Sequence record: PZ452591.1
Origin: a phage
Reading direction: 5' to 3' (one strand)
Length of the DNA: 64,000 nucleotides
In this document: positions 53,596 to 62,413 of the stretch, piece by piece
Layout: each line of letters opens with the position of its first letter
Numbering within the stretch: the stretch's first letter is position 1
Made by a program: the position numbers and the translations under genes
Notes under the pieces: model-generated
Seen by the model: only the letters and a program-made list of their open reading frames with translations
Told to the model about the DNA's origin: nothing
The model's database searches: none

Positions 53596-53841
53596 TTATT
53601 CACCAGTTACTTTCCACAAATCTTCATTTGCAGCAATCCATTCAGTACGTTGATTTTCTTCATATACTGTAGAATATGCTGCTTTTTCTGAAGGGAATGT
53701 CTGGTAATGAGCGCCAGAAATTTTGTGAACGTCAGAATAAAGAGGGAAAGCTACAGAAATTTCCTTTCCTTCAATTTTCTTATTTCCATCTAATTTCTGC
53801 TCAAATGTTTTAATATTAACATAACCGCGAGTACTAGCCAT
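53596..53841 (-). CDS. soc: small outer capsid protein Soc, 81 aa
   Basis: ATG at 53839-53841; late promoter TATAAATA upstream. Confidence 0.88.
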   Translation of the reverse strand: MASTRGYVNIKTFEQKLDGNKKIEGKEISVAFPLYSDVHKISGAHYQTFPSEKAAYSTVYEENQRTEWIAANEDLWKVTGE

Positions 53842-53871
53842 GTAATTCTCCTTTTATTTAAATTACATGAT

Positions 53872-53879
53872 TATTTATA
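53872..53879 (-). promoter_or_regulatory. late promoter TATAAATA for soc
   Basis: exact octamer on minus strand about 30 nt upstream of the soc ATG. Confidence 0.6.
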
Positions 53880-53924
53880 ATAAATTCTCGCGGCTTTTAA
53901 GTCGTCGTTTAAATAAACGAGCTA

Positions 53925-54443
53925 TTAATAGCCTCGATCTTGACGTGCGAAATTTTCGGCATTTTTCAGATAATAAAGTTTAAAGATTTCTTCAGCTGAC
54001 ATTCCAAGAGCAATAAATTTATTCATGAAAAAGTGAAATTGGTCAATCAGTTCAAATTTAATTTCAAGCTGATCTTCGGGAGATAAATCTTGAATTTTCT
54101 TGGATTGCATTTCAGAATAACGTTTCTTCCAAGGTTTCCATACAGCAGAAGCTTCTTTTTCACCATTACTCATACCACCAAGAGAAGTATATAGCTCGCG
54201 AGTTTCGTCTGCGATATAATCGTCTTGGTTTCGCAGCCAAGCAAGAACTTCTCCTGCGGTTTCAAGTGAATCAGGATGACGATTTGTTTCTGGCTTATCA
54301 TTAGCCAAACGAATCTGTAAAGACCGCTGCATATCAAGCATAACCTGCAATGGGTCTTTTTCATCACCGAGAATATCCCGGTATTCATTTTGAGCTTTAT
54401 CAACACCTTCGATCAAATGAGCGCATTCATTAAAGTGAGCCAT
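53925..54443 (-). CDS. 56: dCTPase/dUTPase gp56, 172 aa
   Basis: start set at ATG 54441-54443 (MAHFNECAHLIEGVDKAQNEY...) with AAAGGAAAA Shine-Dalgarno; the track ORF extension begins at GTG and covers the promoter. Confidence 0.85.
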   Translation of the reverse strand: MAHFNECAHLIEGVDKAQNEYRDILGDEKDPLQVMLDMQRSLQIRLANDKPETNRHPDSLETAGEVLAWLRNQDDYIADETRELYTSLGGMSNGEKEASAVWKPWKKRYSEMQSKKIQDLSPEDQLEIKFELIDQFHFFMNKFIALGMSAEEIFKLYYLKNAENFARQDRGY

Positions 54444-54477
54444 TATTTTTCCTTTCAATTCATGGGTTAGTAGATTA

Positions 54478-54502
54478 ATTATACAATAAATATATAAAGC
54501 AA
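54478..54502 (-). promoter_or_regulatory. MotA-dependent middle promoter (MotA box TTGCTTTA, 11 nt, -10 TATAAT)
   Basis: minus strand ...ATTGCTTTATATATTTATTGTATAATTAA... about 35-60 nt upstream of the gene 56 ATG. Confidence 0.5.
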
Positions 54503-54514
54503 TAAGGAGGACAT

Positions 54515-54715
54515 ATGGTACAAAAATTAATGGCACTTGTTGATGCCATAAAAGGTAATAAGAAACGTATAGCTTTTACTATTTCTGCTATGGTAGGAAT
54601 TTTACTCTGGAACTTTATTTTATCACCTGTTGCAATTGCTCATGGTGTTAATATTCCAGTAGTTACTCTTGATACATTCGTAGATTTAGCATTTGCTTTA
54701 GTTGGGTTAATTTAA
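54515..54715 (+). CDS. small hydrophobic ORF, 66 aa, plus strand, in the 56-61 spacer
   Basis: ATG at 54515 with strong AAGGAGG Shine-Dalgarno 4 nt upstream; two predicted transmembrane segments; opposite strand to all neighbours. Confidence 0.3.
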   Translation: MVQKLMALVDAIKGNKKRIAFTISAMVGILLWNFILSPVAIAHGVNIPVVTLDTFVDLAFALVGLI

Positions 54716-55740
54716 ATCTTAGCATATTTAGATAGCCGCATTTTAGCCATCAACCCCTGTGCAATATTATTTTTCATATATTCCATAATTTGTTCAGTGG
54801 TTGCACCTTCCTTTCTAATCATATCATTAACATCTTTTGATTTCCAGGGAGATTTATCCCAAAACATAACCCTTTCTCCTGCATCAACTAATTTAGTCAT
54901 TCGCTTAATAGTGTCAGGGTGACGAGGTTCATTATCTAAGACCCACACACGTCTATCTTTAAATGGAACAACTTCTAGGTCTAATTGACCACCCGTAATA
55001 GCTATACCATTTTCAATAAAAAGTGAATCTATAGGTCCTTCTAGAACATATACATCACCATCTTTAACTCGTTCTACTCCATAGATTTTTGTTGCCTCAG
55101 GATAAGCTTTGATGGTGATATATTTTTGAGGAGCATCTTTCTTTAATGCACGCCCTTGAAAAGACTCAGCTTTTCCATTAGCATTATAAATTGGAATAAC
55201 AAGACGAGGCTCAGGTATTTCCTTTTTATATGTTCCCGGTGCTATACTATTAACTAATTTAGGCCATTCAGTTGTAAACCAAAGATATTTCCATTTATCC
55301 TTTGGAATACAACGAGCTTTTACGTATTTTATAATTGGATGGTCTTCCGCCAGTTTATCTAATCTAACACATGACGGAAGAGATTTAATTATTTTCTTCT
55401 CAGGTTGTTTAGGAAGTTCTTTAAGTTTTTCTACTGGACGACTTTTACCTTTTTCTTTTCTTATTTCAAAGATATACTCACGATATAAATCAGGTTCAAA
55501 CTCCTTTAAATATATTCCGATTGGTGCATGATAGTTACAGTTATAACAATGAATATTTCCTTCATTATTATCACCATAATACCATCCACGGGCTTTATTT
55601 TGGTCGGTTTTTGAATCTCCACACACTGGGCATCTAAACCGCAATTTAAAAGTTGAACTATTATTTACTTGTGTGAATTTAGGTAAATGAGCTAATGCAC
55701 GGTATGCAAACTCATTATCAATCCAAGGTATTGATGACAT
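54712..55740 (-). CDS. 61: DNA primase gp61, 342 aa
   Basis: ATG at 55738-55740; zinc-ribbon CPVCGDSKTD...CYNCNYH and Toprim region; matches recalled T4 gp61. Confidence 0.92.
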   Translation of the reverse strand: MSSIPWIDNEFAYRALAHLPKFTQVNNSSTFKLRFRCPVCGDSKTDQNKARGWYYGDNNEGNIHCYNCNYHAPIGIYLKEFEPDLYREYIFEIRKEKGKSRPVEKLKELPKQPEKKIIKSLPSCVRLDKLAEDHPIIKYVKARCIPKDKWKYLWFTTEWPKLVNSIAPGTYKKEIPEPRLVIPIYNANGKAESFQGRALKKDAPQKYITIKAYPEATKIYGVERVKDGDVYVLEGPIDSLFIENGIAITGGQLDLEVVPFKDRRVWVLDNEPRHPDTIKRMTKLVDAGERVMFWDKSPWKSKDVNDMIRKEGATTEQIMEYMKNNIAQGLMAKMRLSKYAKI

Positions 55741-55743
55741 TTT

Positions 55744-55907
55744 TACTCTTCTTTTTCTTTAGATTCCTCTTTTTTCTTTTTAGGAATCTGTTCAGGACCT
55801 TTATTTACTACAGCGCCTGATGTTGTTCCAGTAGAGATATTTTCAGGATTACCACCTGAATCTCCAGCGACCATATCTTCTTTGATAAATTCTTTATATG
55901 TTTTCAT
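55744..55907 (-). CDS. small charged protein, 54 aa (61.1 position)
   Basis: ATG at 55905-55907 with GAGG Shine-Dalgarno; not in ORF track (<60 aa). Confidence 0.4.
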
Positions 55908-55908
55908 A

Positions 55909-56535
55909 TTAACCTCTATTCATAAAAGCATTAAAAATTTGGTCATCAATAGAAACATTTACTTTAGACTGTTTTTCAGATGGCAATTCATATCCACATA
56001 TTACAATTTTATAATCAATATCAAAATACACAGAAGCAATATGATTAATGATATTTTCAGTAAAGTCTAAATCAACATCAATATCTTTTTGACCAAAGCC
56101 CAAAGGATAAATAATGCGAGTAATTCGATTATCTTTAACAAAGATTCCACCGACATACTCTGTACTGCGTTTAAAGTCTACACGCCGACGAAATGAAAAA
56201 TATTCAGGCTCTTTATGAGCTCGGCTCATAGGGCACAACGAATAACTAGAATAAGAGATGTCAAATCCTACGCCTTCAATATGAACTAAATTGTCATGAT
56301 TAAACCAATTATAATCATATGCCAAGTCCATTAGATTGTCATACGTGAAAGGCACCGGATTAACATCATTGGTCACAAGCATATAATTAGCAACTGCTAT
56401 AATTTCATTATTTTTAACGAATACAAACCGTGATTGATGCGAATGGCCTGGACCTGCGTTTTCACGATTAATGATATAACACTGGGCACCTTTATATTTG
56501 TACGTGTCTTTACACTTGTGCATTTGATAAAGCAT
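55909..56535 (-). CDS. hypothetical protein, 208 aa (61.2 position)
   Basis: ATG at 56533-56535; assignment to the 61.2 slot is by gene order only. Confidence 0.55.
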   Translation of the reverse strand: MLYQMHKCKDTYKYKGAQCYIINRENAGPGHSHQSRFVFVKNNEIIAVANYMLVTNDVNPVPFTYDNLMDLAYDYNWFNHDNLVHIEGVGFDISYSSYSLCPMSRAHKEPEYFSFRRRVDFKRSTEYVGGIFVKDNRITRIIYPLGFGQKDIDVDLDFTENIINHIASVYFDIDYKIVICGYELPSEKQSKVNVSIDDQIFNAFMNRG

Positions 56536-56828
56536 TATTCACCTACCACTTCAGCGATGATATTTTTATTATTAAAGTTTTTATCGCAATACAGAACATA
56601 ATTATACTGCATTACACCACCAGATTTAAGCTGTTTTTGCACTTCAGCTTTCATTTCAGGGCGATCGCGCTCAACGATATTCATAATATCTGCTTCAATT
56701 TGAGTTTCAACCTCAGTCTGATCTGCAGTCATAGACCATTCGCACAAATCTTTATCATAACCTGCCATAGCAGGCTGAGCAGCACAAGAAGCTAAAGCAA
56801 AAATTGTAGCAAAGATAAATTTTTTCAT
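56535..56828 (-). CDS. sp: Spackle (periplasmic superinfection exclusion / lysozyme inhibitor), 97 aa
   Basis: ATG at 56826-56828; cleavable signal peptide MKKFIFATIFALASCAAQPAMA; position 61.3. Confidence 0.8.
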   Translation of the reverse strand: MKKFIFATIFALASCAAQPAMAGYDKDLCEWSMTADQTEVETQIEADIMNIVERDRPEMKAEVQKQLKSGGVMQYNYVLYCDKNFNNKNIIAEVVGE

Positions 56829-56888
56829 GATAATCTCCTCAGTAGTTTATGTTTATATAGTATCTCAATTTCCAACAAAAGTAAACAG

Positions 56889-57185
56889 TTATTTTAAAAC
56901 TTCTGCATAATCACATGTTACAAACTGTTTCTCTAGCTTGACGATTTTACGAAAGTATCTTTTACATTGACGAATCTGCCGCTTCGTAGGACGTACAGCA
57001 AACTTAATAAATTCCACTCGACCAAATGGAGGGCTTTCTTCTGCTGGAATATCTAACACCAATTCCCACGTATCTGCAATAAGTGCTTTGAATTGTGTAT
57101 TTTTCCTGACGTTATACGGAGTAGGTTTAAATAAAACAATATGCATATTATCCTCGGCAATCCACTTCACATACTTTCTTGTCAT
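56889..57185 (-). CDS. hypothetical protein, about 98 aa (61.4 position)
   Basis: in-frame ATG at 57183-57185; track ORF starts one codon upstream at TTG. Confidence 0.55.
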   Translation of the reverse strand: MTRKYVKWIAEDNMHIVLFKPTPYNVRKNTQFKALIADTWELVLDIPAEESPPFGRVEFIKFAVRPTKRQIRQCKRYFRKIVKLEKQFVTCDYAEVLK

Positions 57186-57330
57186 CAATGAAAGCTTTAA
57201 CTAATGCTTTATTAACTTCAGCATATTGAGTAGTAGCCCATTGAACGTCATCTTTCATCATTGTGGTTTCTTTAGTAAACATGCTTTCATTCTTAAACCA
57301 CCCCATAAAAACTACCTTTACCAATTCCAT
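57148..57330 (-). CDS. dmd: Dmd (inhibitor of host RnlA/LsoA toxin endoribonucleases), 60 aa
   Basis: ATG at 57328-57330; 60-aa ORF directly upstream of gene 41 (61.5 position). Confidence 0.7.
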   Translation of the reverse strand: MELVKVVFMGWFKNESMFTKETTMMKDDVQWATTQYAEVNKALVKAFIDDKKVCEVDCRG

Positions 57331-57388
57331 AACAATCTCCTCATTTAACCAACAAGACTACTATACCATAGTCTTGTCAGCTTGTAAA

Positions 57389-58816
57389 CTAAAATTTTAA
57401 TTCATTCGCCAAAGCATCTAACTGAGCTCGAGTGGATTCATTTCTTTGATAGAGATTCTGCTCAGCTTGAATCTGCTGTGAACCTGCTACTTCACTCACT
57501 TCAGTTGGAGTAGAATCTTGTTCAATTTCTACCCATTTCTGATTTCCCTTTTGAACGCCCATCAAAAACTTATTCCATTTGTTCTTATCGCCATATCGTG
57601 ATTTGATTTGCTTAATGAGTTGTTGTTCAGCAGCTGCTAACTCCTCGGTTTCAATGACCGCAAGCATAAAATCGGCTGTTGCTGGAAGACCGGCAGATTC
57701 TGCAATATCGCTCATGTTAACATCGGAAGAGTCCCAAGCTTGTTTACCAACCTGTGCTGCAGTCCAAAGAACAGTTTCGGTTTCAACAGCCAGAGCACGC
57801 AATTCCTCTGCAATAGCTTTAACAGTTGTGTAACTATTTTCTGAATAAACTCTAATGCGGCAAGATTTACAAATACCTAGATAGTCGACAATAATGATTG
57901 TTGGAACAAAATTCTTCTTGAGCTTCAATTCGTTTAAAAGTGATCGAAATGTATTAGCATCTGCTCCACCAGTAGGATACTGTTTAACGATTAAACGACC
58001 AAGAGTAGATTTCTCACGCCATTTTTCCATTTTTCCTTTATACTCAGCGTAAGAAATATGCCCATCATCTATGTCATCAAGAGAAACATCAAGCATATTA
58101 GCATCAATACGTTTAGCACAGACTTCTTCTGCCATTTCCATGGAAATGTAAAGAACATTATGTCCGAGCTGTAAATAATCTGCTGCCAATGAACACAATC
58201 CTAATGACTTACCAACGTTAACACCAGCCATTAAAACGTTCAGTGTTCCAGTCTCAGCTCCGCCTTTAGTAATTTTGTTTAGAATTCTGAGTTTAAATGG
58301 AACCTTACGAGCTTTATTCATATAAGATAGCCAACGTGCTTCGTAGTCATCCATCCAATCATGACCAACATAGCTATCAAATGAAATTGATAATGCTTGC
58401 CGCATGATGTCAGGAATAGCACCAACATCCGGCATTTTCTTATTTCGTTTTTCCGGAGGAAGCTCAGCATTAGTTTGAATTTCGATTATTTTAGACGTAG
58501 CATTAAACATCGCCCTTTGCTGAACATATTTTTCTGTTTCTTTTACTAACCAACTGTGGTCTTCCGGAGAATCAGCCAGTTTTGAAATAAGTGTTTTTAC
58601 ACCAGAATATTCTGTTTCAGTAAATGAACTATTTTCTAATGCAACATTTAACGCATTAATAGATGGAACGCTATGATACTCATTGACATGAGATTTAATT
58701 AATTTGAATGTATTTTTAGCTGGACCACTTTCAAAATATTCTGAATCCATATATGGCCAAACTTTTGAAAAATAAGCTTGATCAAATATGAGATGAGAAA
58801 GAATAATTTCTACCAC
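57389..58816 (-). CDS. 41: replicative helicase gp41, 475 aa
   Basis: apparent GTG start at 58814-58816 with AAGGAG Shine-Dalgarno; Walker A GVNVGKS; matches recalled T4 gp41. Confidence 0.93.
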   Translation of the reverse strand: MVEIILSHLIFDQAYFSKVWPYMDSEYFESGPAKNTFKLIKSHVNEYHSVPSINALNVALENSSFTETEYSGVKTLISKLADSPEDHSWLVKETEKYVQQRAMFNATSKIIEIQTNAELPPEKRNKKMPDVGAIPDIMRQALSISFDSYVGHDWMDDYEARWLSYMNKARKVPFKLRILNKITKGGAETGTLNVLMAGVNVGKSLGLCSLAADYLQLGHNVLYISMEMAEEVCAKRIDANMLDVSLDDIDDGHISYAEYKGKMEKWREKSTLGRLIVKQYPTGGADANTFRSLLNELKLKKNFVPTIIIVDYLGICKSCRIRVYSENSYTTVKAIAEELRALAVETETVLWTAAQVGKQAWDSSDVNMSDIAESAGLPATADFMLAVIETEELAAAEQQLIKQIKSRYGDKNKWNKFLMGVQKGNQKWVEIEQDSTPTEVSEVAGSQQIQAEQNLYQRNESTRAQLDALANELKF

Positions 58817-58825
58817 ACTTACTCC

Positions 58826-59170
58826 TTAAAAGAATTTAAATTTTTTCTTTGACCTTTTATTAAATGCATCTTGTAGTTGCATTGTAATACATTTTTCTAC
58901 ATGAGGAGCTAACTCAGCTTTTCTTTCTTGGTCAAGAACAGCAAAGTCCATTACAACCTTTCCATCAACCCAATCCAGTTTTGTTACATACACTATATGT
59001 GTAGAACCATCTTCTAGTTTAATGACAATCTCCTGGATAACATTTTCCATAGCGGATTTAATTATCTTAAGAGACTCATTAAAAAGACGTTCTTTTCTTT
59101 CTTCTTCCCCCTCCGAAGAGGGGGATTCATCGATAATTTCTAGATCTAAATCTAAATCATCTTTATTCAT
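58826..59170 (-). CDS. 40: gp40 head-assembly accessory protein, 114 aa
   Basis: in-frame ATG at 59168-59170; overlaps uvsX stop by 8 nt; track ORF starts at upstream GTG. Confidence 0.7.
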   Translation of the reverse strand: MNKDDLDLDLEIIDESPSSEGEEERKERLFNESLKIIKSAMENVIQEIVIKLEDGSTHIVYVTKLDWVDGKVVMDFAVLDQERKAELAPHVEKCITMQLQDAFNKRSKKKFKFF

Positions 59171-60344
59171 TAAATTCTTCCATATCACTTAACTGTTCAA
59201 GGTCAGTTTCTAAATCAGCTGCTGATTTACTTTTACTTTCTGGAGATTTAAATTTTTCAACCTTTGAGTTAATCAATTCATCAACTTCAGCTTCAACAAT
59301 TTCATTACTATCAATAGCACCTAACTGATAAGCACGTTTAATAGCATCTCGGAATGGTTGATGCTTAAATAAAGGACCCCAGAATGTAGTGCAGTTAGTA
59401 TCTTTTGCACGCCAAGATTTTTCTTCGCGAATCATCTCGCCGGTTTCTTCATCAAGAAATTCACGAGCATACCAGCCATTTTTAGGTTTTACTACAAATC
59501 CTAATTCTAGAGCCATATCTAACAATCCAGAATAAGGATCGATACCACCGTCAAATTTAACATCAATAAAGAATTTACTTTTTTCTTTAACGGTACGAGA
59601 TTTTTCTACATTTAGAACAAATTGATACCCCTGAAGATCAGAACCATCTTTAATCTGACGCTTACCAATAATGAATACAGTATCAGCTGAATACATTACG
59701 CCTGTACCACCTGTCATCACGGTTTTACTAAACATTTCAATGGTTTCAATTGTATGGTTAACCGCAACACATGGAATATTTTTAATGCTAAAATAAGGAG
59801 TAACAATACGGAATAATGACTTCAGTGATTTAGCACGAGTCATATCTGCCACAGATTTTTCATTCAAGGCATCTTCCGTTTCTTTCTTGGAAGCCATATT
59901 ACCAATTGAGTCGATGAATACAATAACCTTTTCACCACGCTCAATAGCTTCAAGCTGATTCACCATATCAATTTTCAGTTGTTCAACTGACTGGATTGGT
60001 GTATGAATTACTCGTTCCGGGTCAACTCCCATGGATCGCAAATAAGCTGGAGTAATACCAAATTCGCTATCATAGAATAGACAAACCGCGTCAGGATATT
60101 TGTTTAAATATGCCGCAACCATAGTCAAAGACATATTTGATTTAAAGTGTTTAGAAGGACCTGCAAAAATGGTTAAACCAGACTGCATACCGCCATCAAT
60201 CGCGCCGGAAATAGCGATATTAAGCATTGGAATTTTTGTACGGATTACATCCTTTTCATTAAAGAATTTAGATGTAGTCAGTTCAGCAGTCATTTTAGAA
60301 GTGGAAGCTTTAATCAAACGGGATTTTAAATCTGCAATAGACAT
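59163..60344 (-). CDS. uvsX: UvsX recombinase (RecA homolog), 393 aa
   Basis: ATG at 60342-60344; Walker A GPSKHFKS; matches recalled T4 UvsX. Confidence 0.93.
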   Translation of the reverse strand: MSIADLKSRLIKASTSKMTAELTTSKFFNEKDVIRTKIPMLNIAISGAIDGGMQSGLTIFAGPSKHFKSNMSLTMVAAYLNKYPDAVCLFYDSEFGITPAYLRSMGVDPERVIHTPIQSVEQLKIDMVNQLEAIERGEKVIVFIDSIGNMASKKETEDALNEKSVADMTRAKSLKSLFRIVTPYFSIKNIPCVAVNHTIETIEMFSKTVMTGGTGVMYSADTVFIIGKRQIKDGSDLQGYQFVLNVEKSRTVKEKSKFFIDVKFDGGIDPYSGLLDMALELGFVVKPKNGWYAREFLDEETGEMIREEKSWRAKDTNCTTFWGPLFKHQPFRDAIKRAYQLGAIDSNEIVEAEVDELINSKVEKFKSPESKSKSAADLETDLEQLSDMEEFNE

Positions 60345-60421
60345 TCATTTTTTCCATAGGCATCATTATATTTTCCTCACTGGTTAAAGATAGAGTAATT
60401 ATAACACAATAAATTTAGGCA

Positions 60422-61264
60422 TTAATCAACTGCTATTGGATGAATAGCATTAAACTTATGAAATGCTTCTGATTTTTCTTTACGCGAAACGCACATGCGA
60501 AGAACCTTTAGTGGTTCATCTTCTTCACCCAACGATTTTCGTTTTTCAATATTCGATGTTTTCCAACGAGCTTGCTCTGGAAACTCTCTATTGATTTGCT
60601 CAAGCGCTCTATTATGTTTAGAATTACTACGAATTGAACTACACCCACCAGGAGCGTGTGATTTTCCAGATACAACTAGATATTTGAACAAGGCCAAATG
60701 CGGATAACCTTGATTAATTAAATTGAGAAATGCATACATATCTTCACATAAATCAATTTTTCCATACCCAATTTGTTCTGTCGTAAGTTTTCCGAGGTCA
60801 TACCATGTATTCGTGAATCCATATGAGTTTTCACGATAATTACCCCAAGATGAAGTAATTTTAAAAATTGGTAGACGAGCATGACCGTGATAATACCCGC
60901 AATCCATAGCATCCTCAACGTATTGAATTAATTCATAGAACTGTTCACGAGTTAATTGATTAATTTTATCTACGCGCCGTTTATCGTCTCTCTTTCGTAT
61001 TGAACTCATACGAATAGTAGTATCATCGTCAATCATCCAGATTCGTTGACCTGCATACATATCAGTAATTGCTTTACGAGTACCGGCAATTCCATTAACA
61101 TCATCAGGAATAGTTACAATTTTAGCTCTAGACCCATAAGCATCATAATAAGCTTTTTCTTCGTGTTCACGTACTACAATATGTGGTTCATAATCAGTCG
61201 GAAACATATCAAGGGCAGAAACTGCCCCTACACGTTGATAGCTTGGAATTACGAATTGAATCAT
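60422..61264 (-). CDS. GT-A-fold glycosyltransferase (DxD motif), about 280 aa, at the uvsX-42 locus; candidate DNA hydroxymethylcytosine glucosyltransferase
   Basis: in-frame ATG at 61262-61264 overlapping gene 42 stop as ATGA; WMIDDDTT motif; occupies the T4 beta-gt position but is shorter. Confidence 0.6.
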   Translation of the reverse strand: MIQFVIPSYQRVGAVSALDMFPTDYEPHIVVREHEEKAYYDAYGSRAKIVTIPDDVNGIAGTRKAITDMYAGQRIWMIDDDTTIRMSSIRKRDDKRRVDKINQLTREQFYELIQYVEDAMDCGYYHGHARLPIFKITSSWGNYRENSYGFTNTWYDLGKLTTEQIGYGKIDLCEDMYAFLNLINQGYPHLALFKYLVVSGKSHAPGGCSSIRSNSKHNRALEQINREFPEQARWKTSNIEKRKSLGEEDEPLKVLRMCVSRKEKSEAFHKFNAIHPIAVD

Positions 61265-62001
61265 TTCCACTCACCGTTATAATCTTTTTTCACAATATGA
61301 GTTTCGCCAGTATTCCACCAATGATCAACCAAGTAAAAATGACGAGAATATACATGAAGACTTCCAACATTCCATATAATAGAACCTGCTTTATACTGAC
61401 GAGTTGAATCGCCTGCATTCAAATCAGATACTAATTTATCTAATACGTATTTTTGCCATGCATAATCATTACGGAATCCGAAGACCACGTCATTTGAGCG
61501 CATGTTAACAACCGCATTGATTTTCTTGTCACGAATTAAGTATTGTACTGTATTCGTACACATGAAATCTGACATACCATCTTTATTGTAGTCAAATTGC
61601 ATAGATGGACGAGTATAAATCATGATACCACGTCGAGAATCAGGATTTTGACCAAGTTCAGCTAAACACATATCATACTGGGCATAGTTATCTTCTGACC
61701 AGATAGCCCAACCATAATTCGAGTTAATTTCACCTTTAGAAGATGCTACTTGTTGCCAAATCTTCGGTGTTTCACCCGGAATATCTTTAACGAACAAGCT
61801 CTTAGATTTATACCATTCAAGTTCACGCTGAATGTATTCATCATTAAGAGCGCCAAAAATAAACGGTTCATCTGCTACAAATGATGCGCCAATAATTTCA
61901 ATAGTTTTAACGCCAGTTTTATCAACTACGAAATCTTTTTCCTTTAATGCAAGCCCCAAATGAAGACGGATTTCTTCAACTGTCATAGAGTCACTAATCA
62001 T
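61261..62001 (-). CDS. 42: dCMP hydroxymethylase gp42, 246 aa
   Basis: ATG at 61999-62001; thymidylate-synthase-like fold; matches recalled T4 gp42. Confidence 0.93.
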   Translation of the reverse strand: MISDSMTVEEIRLHLGLALKEKDFVVDKTGVKTIEIIGASFVADEPFIFGALNDEYIQRELEWYKSKSLFVKDIPGETPKIWQQVASSKGEINSNYGWAIWSEDNYAQYDMCLAELGQNPDSRRGIMIYTRPSMQFDYNKDGMSDFMCTNTVQYLIRDKKINAVVNMRSNDVVFGFRNDYAWQKYVLDKLVSDLNAGDSTRQYKAGSIIWNVGSLHVYSRHFYLVDHWWNTGETHIVKKDYNGEWK

Positions 62002-62154
62002 TTAAACCTCAATTGATACATTCATATTTAACTTGTAACAGTAATAAACTCCAACCTAAAACAATAGTTGGAATCATAAGAGGAACCGTTACACTATAGT
62101 ATATACTTATTATAACCATCAAGATTAAAAGCAACACTGCTATAATTTTGCTTT

Positions 62155-62406
62155 TCATTCCTTCTCTCTGATGATAATTACCTGATTTGGCTGCGCAGAC
62201 TTTTTAGTTTCACCCGCAATTGACCAAATAAATGTAATAAACCAACCAATAATTGACCAGTTAAACAGCAAAGATGTGAAAAAGATTCCTACTGTCGATT
62301 TTGACCCACGCATCAAGGCAATAAACCATGGAAGCATGTATATAATAATAGCCAACACACCTGAAACTAAAACCATAAAAATTGAACCTGCTACTAAAGT
62401 TTCCAT
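62155..62406 (-). CDS. imm: Imm superinfection immunity protein, 83 aa
   Basis: ATG at 62404-62406; two transmembrane helices; matches recalled T4 Imm. Confidence 0.85.
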   Translation of the reverse strand: METLVAGSIFMVLVSGVLAIIIYMLPWFIALMRGSKSTVGIFFTSLLFNWSIIGWFITFIWSIAGETKKSAQPNQVIIIREKE

Positions 62407-62413
62407 GTTTTCC

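Noticed and set aside
36265-54536. N-terminal extensions of track ORFs 36265-36516, 36625-36987, 35210-35716, 53925-54536 and 7090-8250
   Set aside because: The extensions begin at GTG/TTG and read through promoter cassettes or intergenic leaders (the same 'GTIQLST' peptide is produced by translating the promoter motif in two places). The in-frame ATG with a Shine-Dalgarno gives the expected protein lengths.
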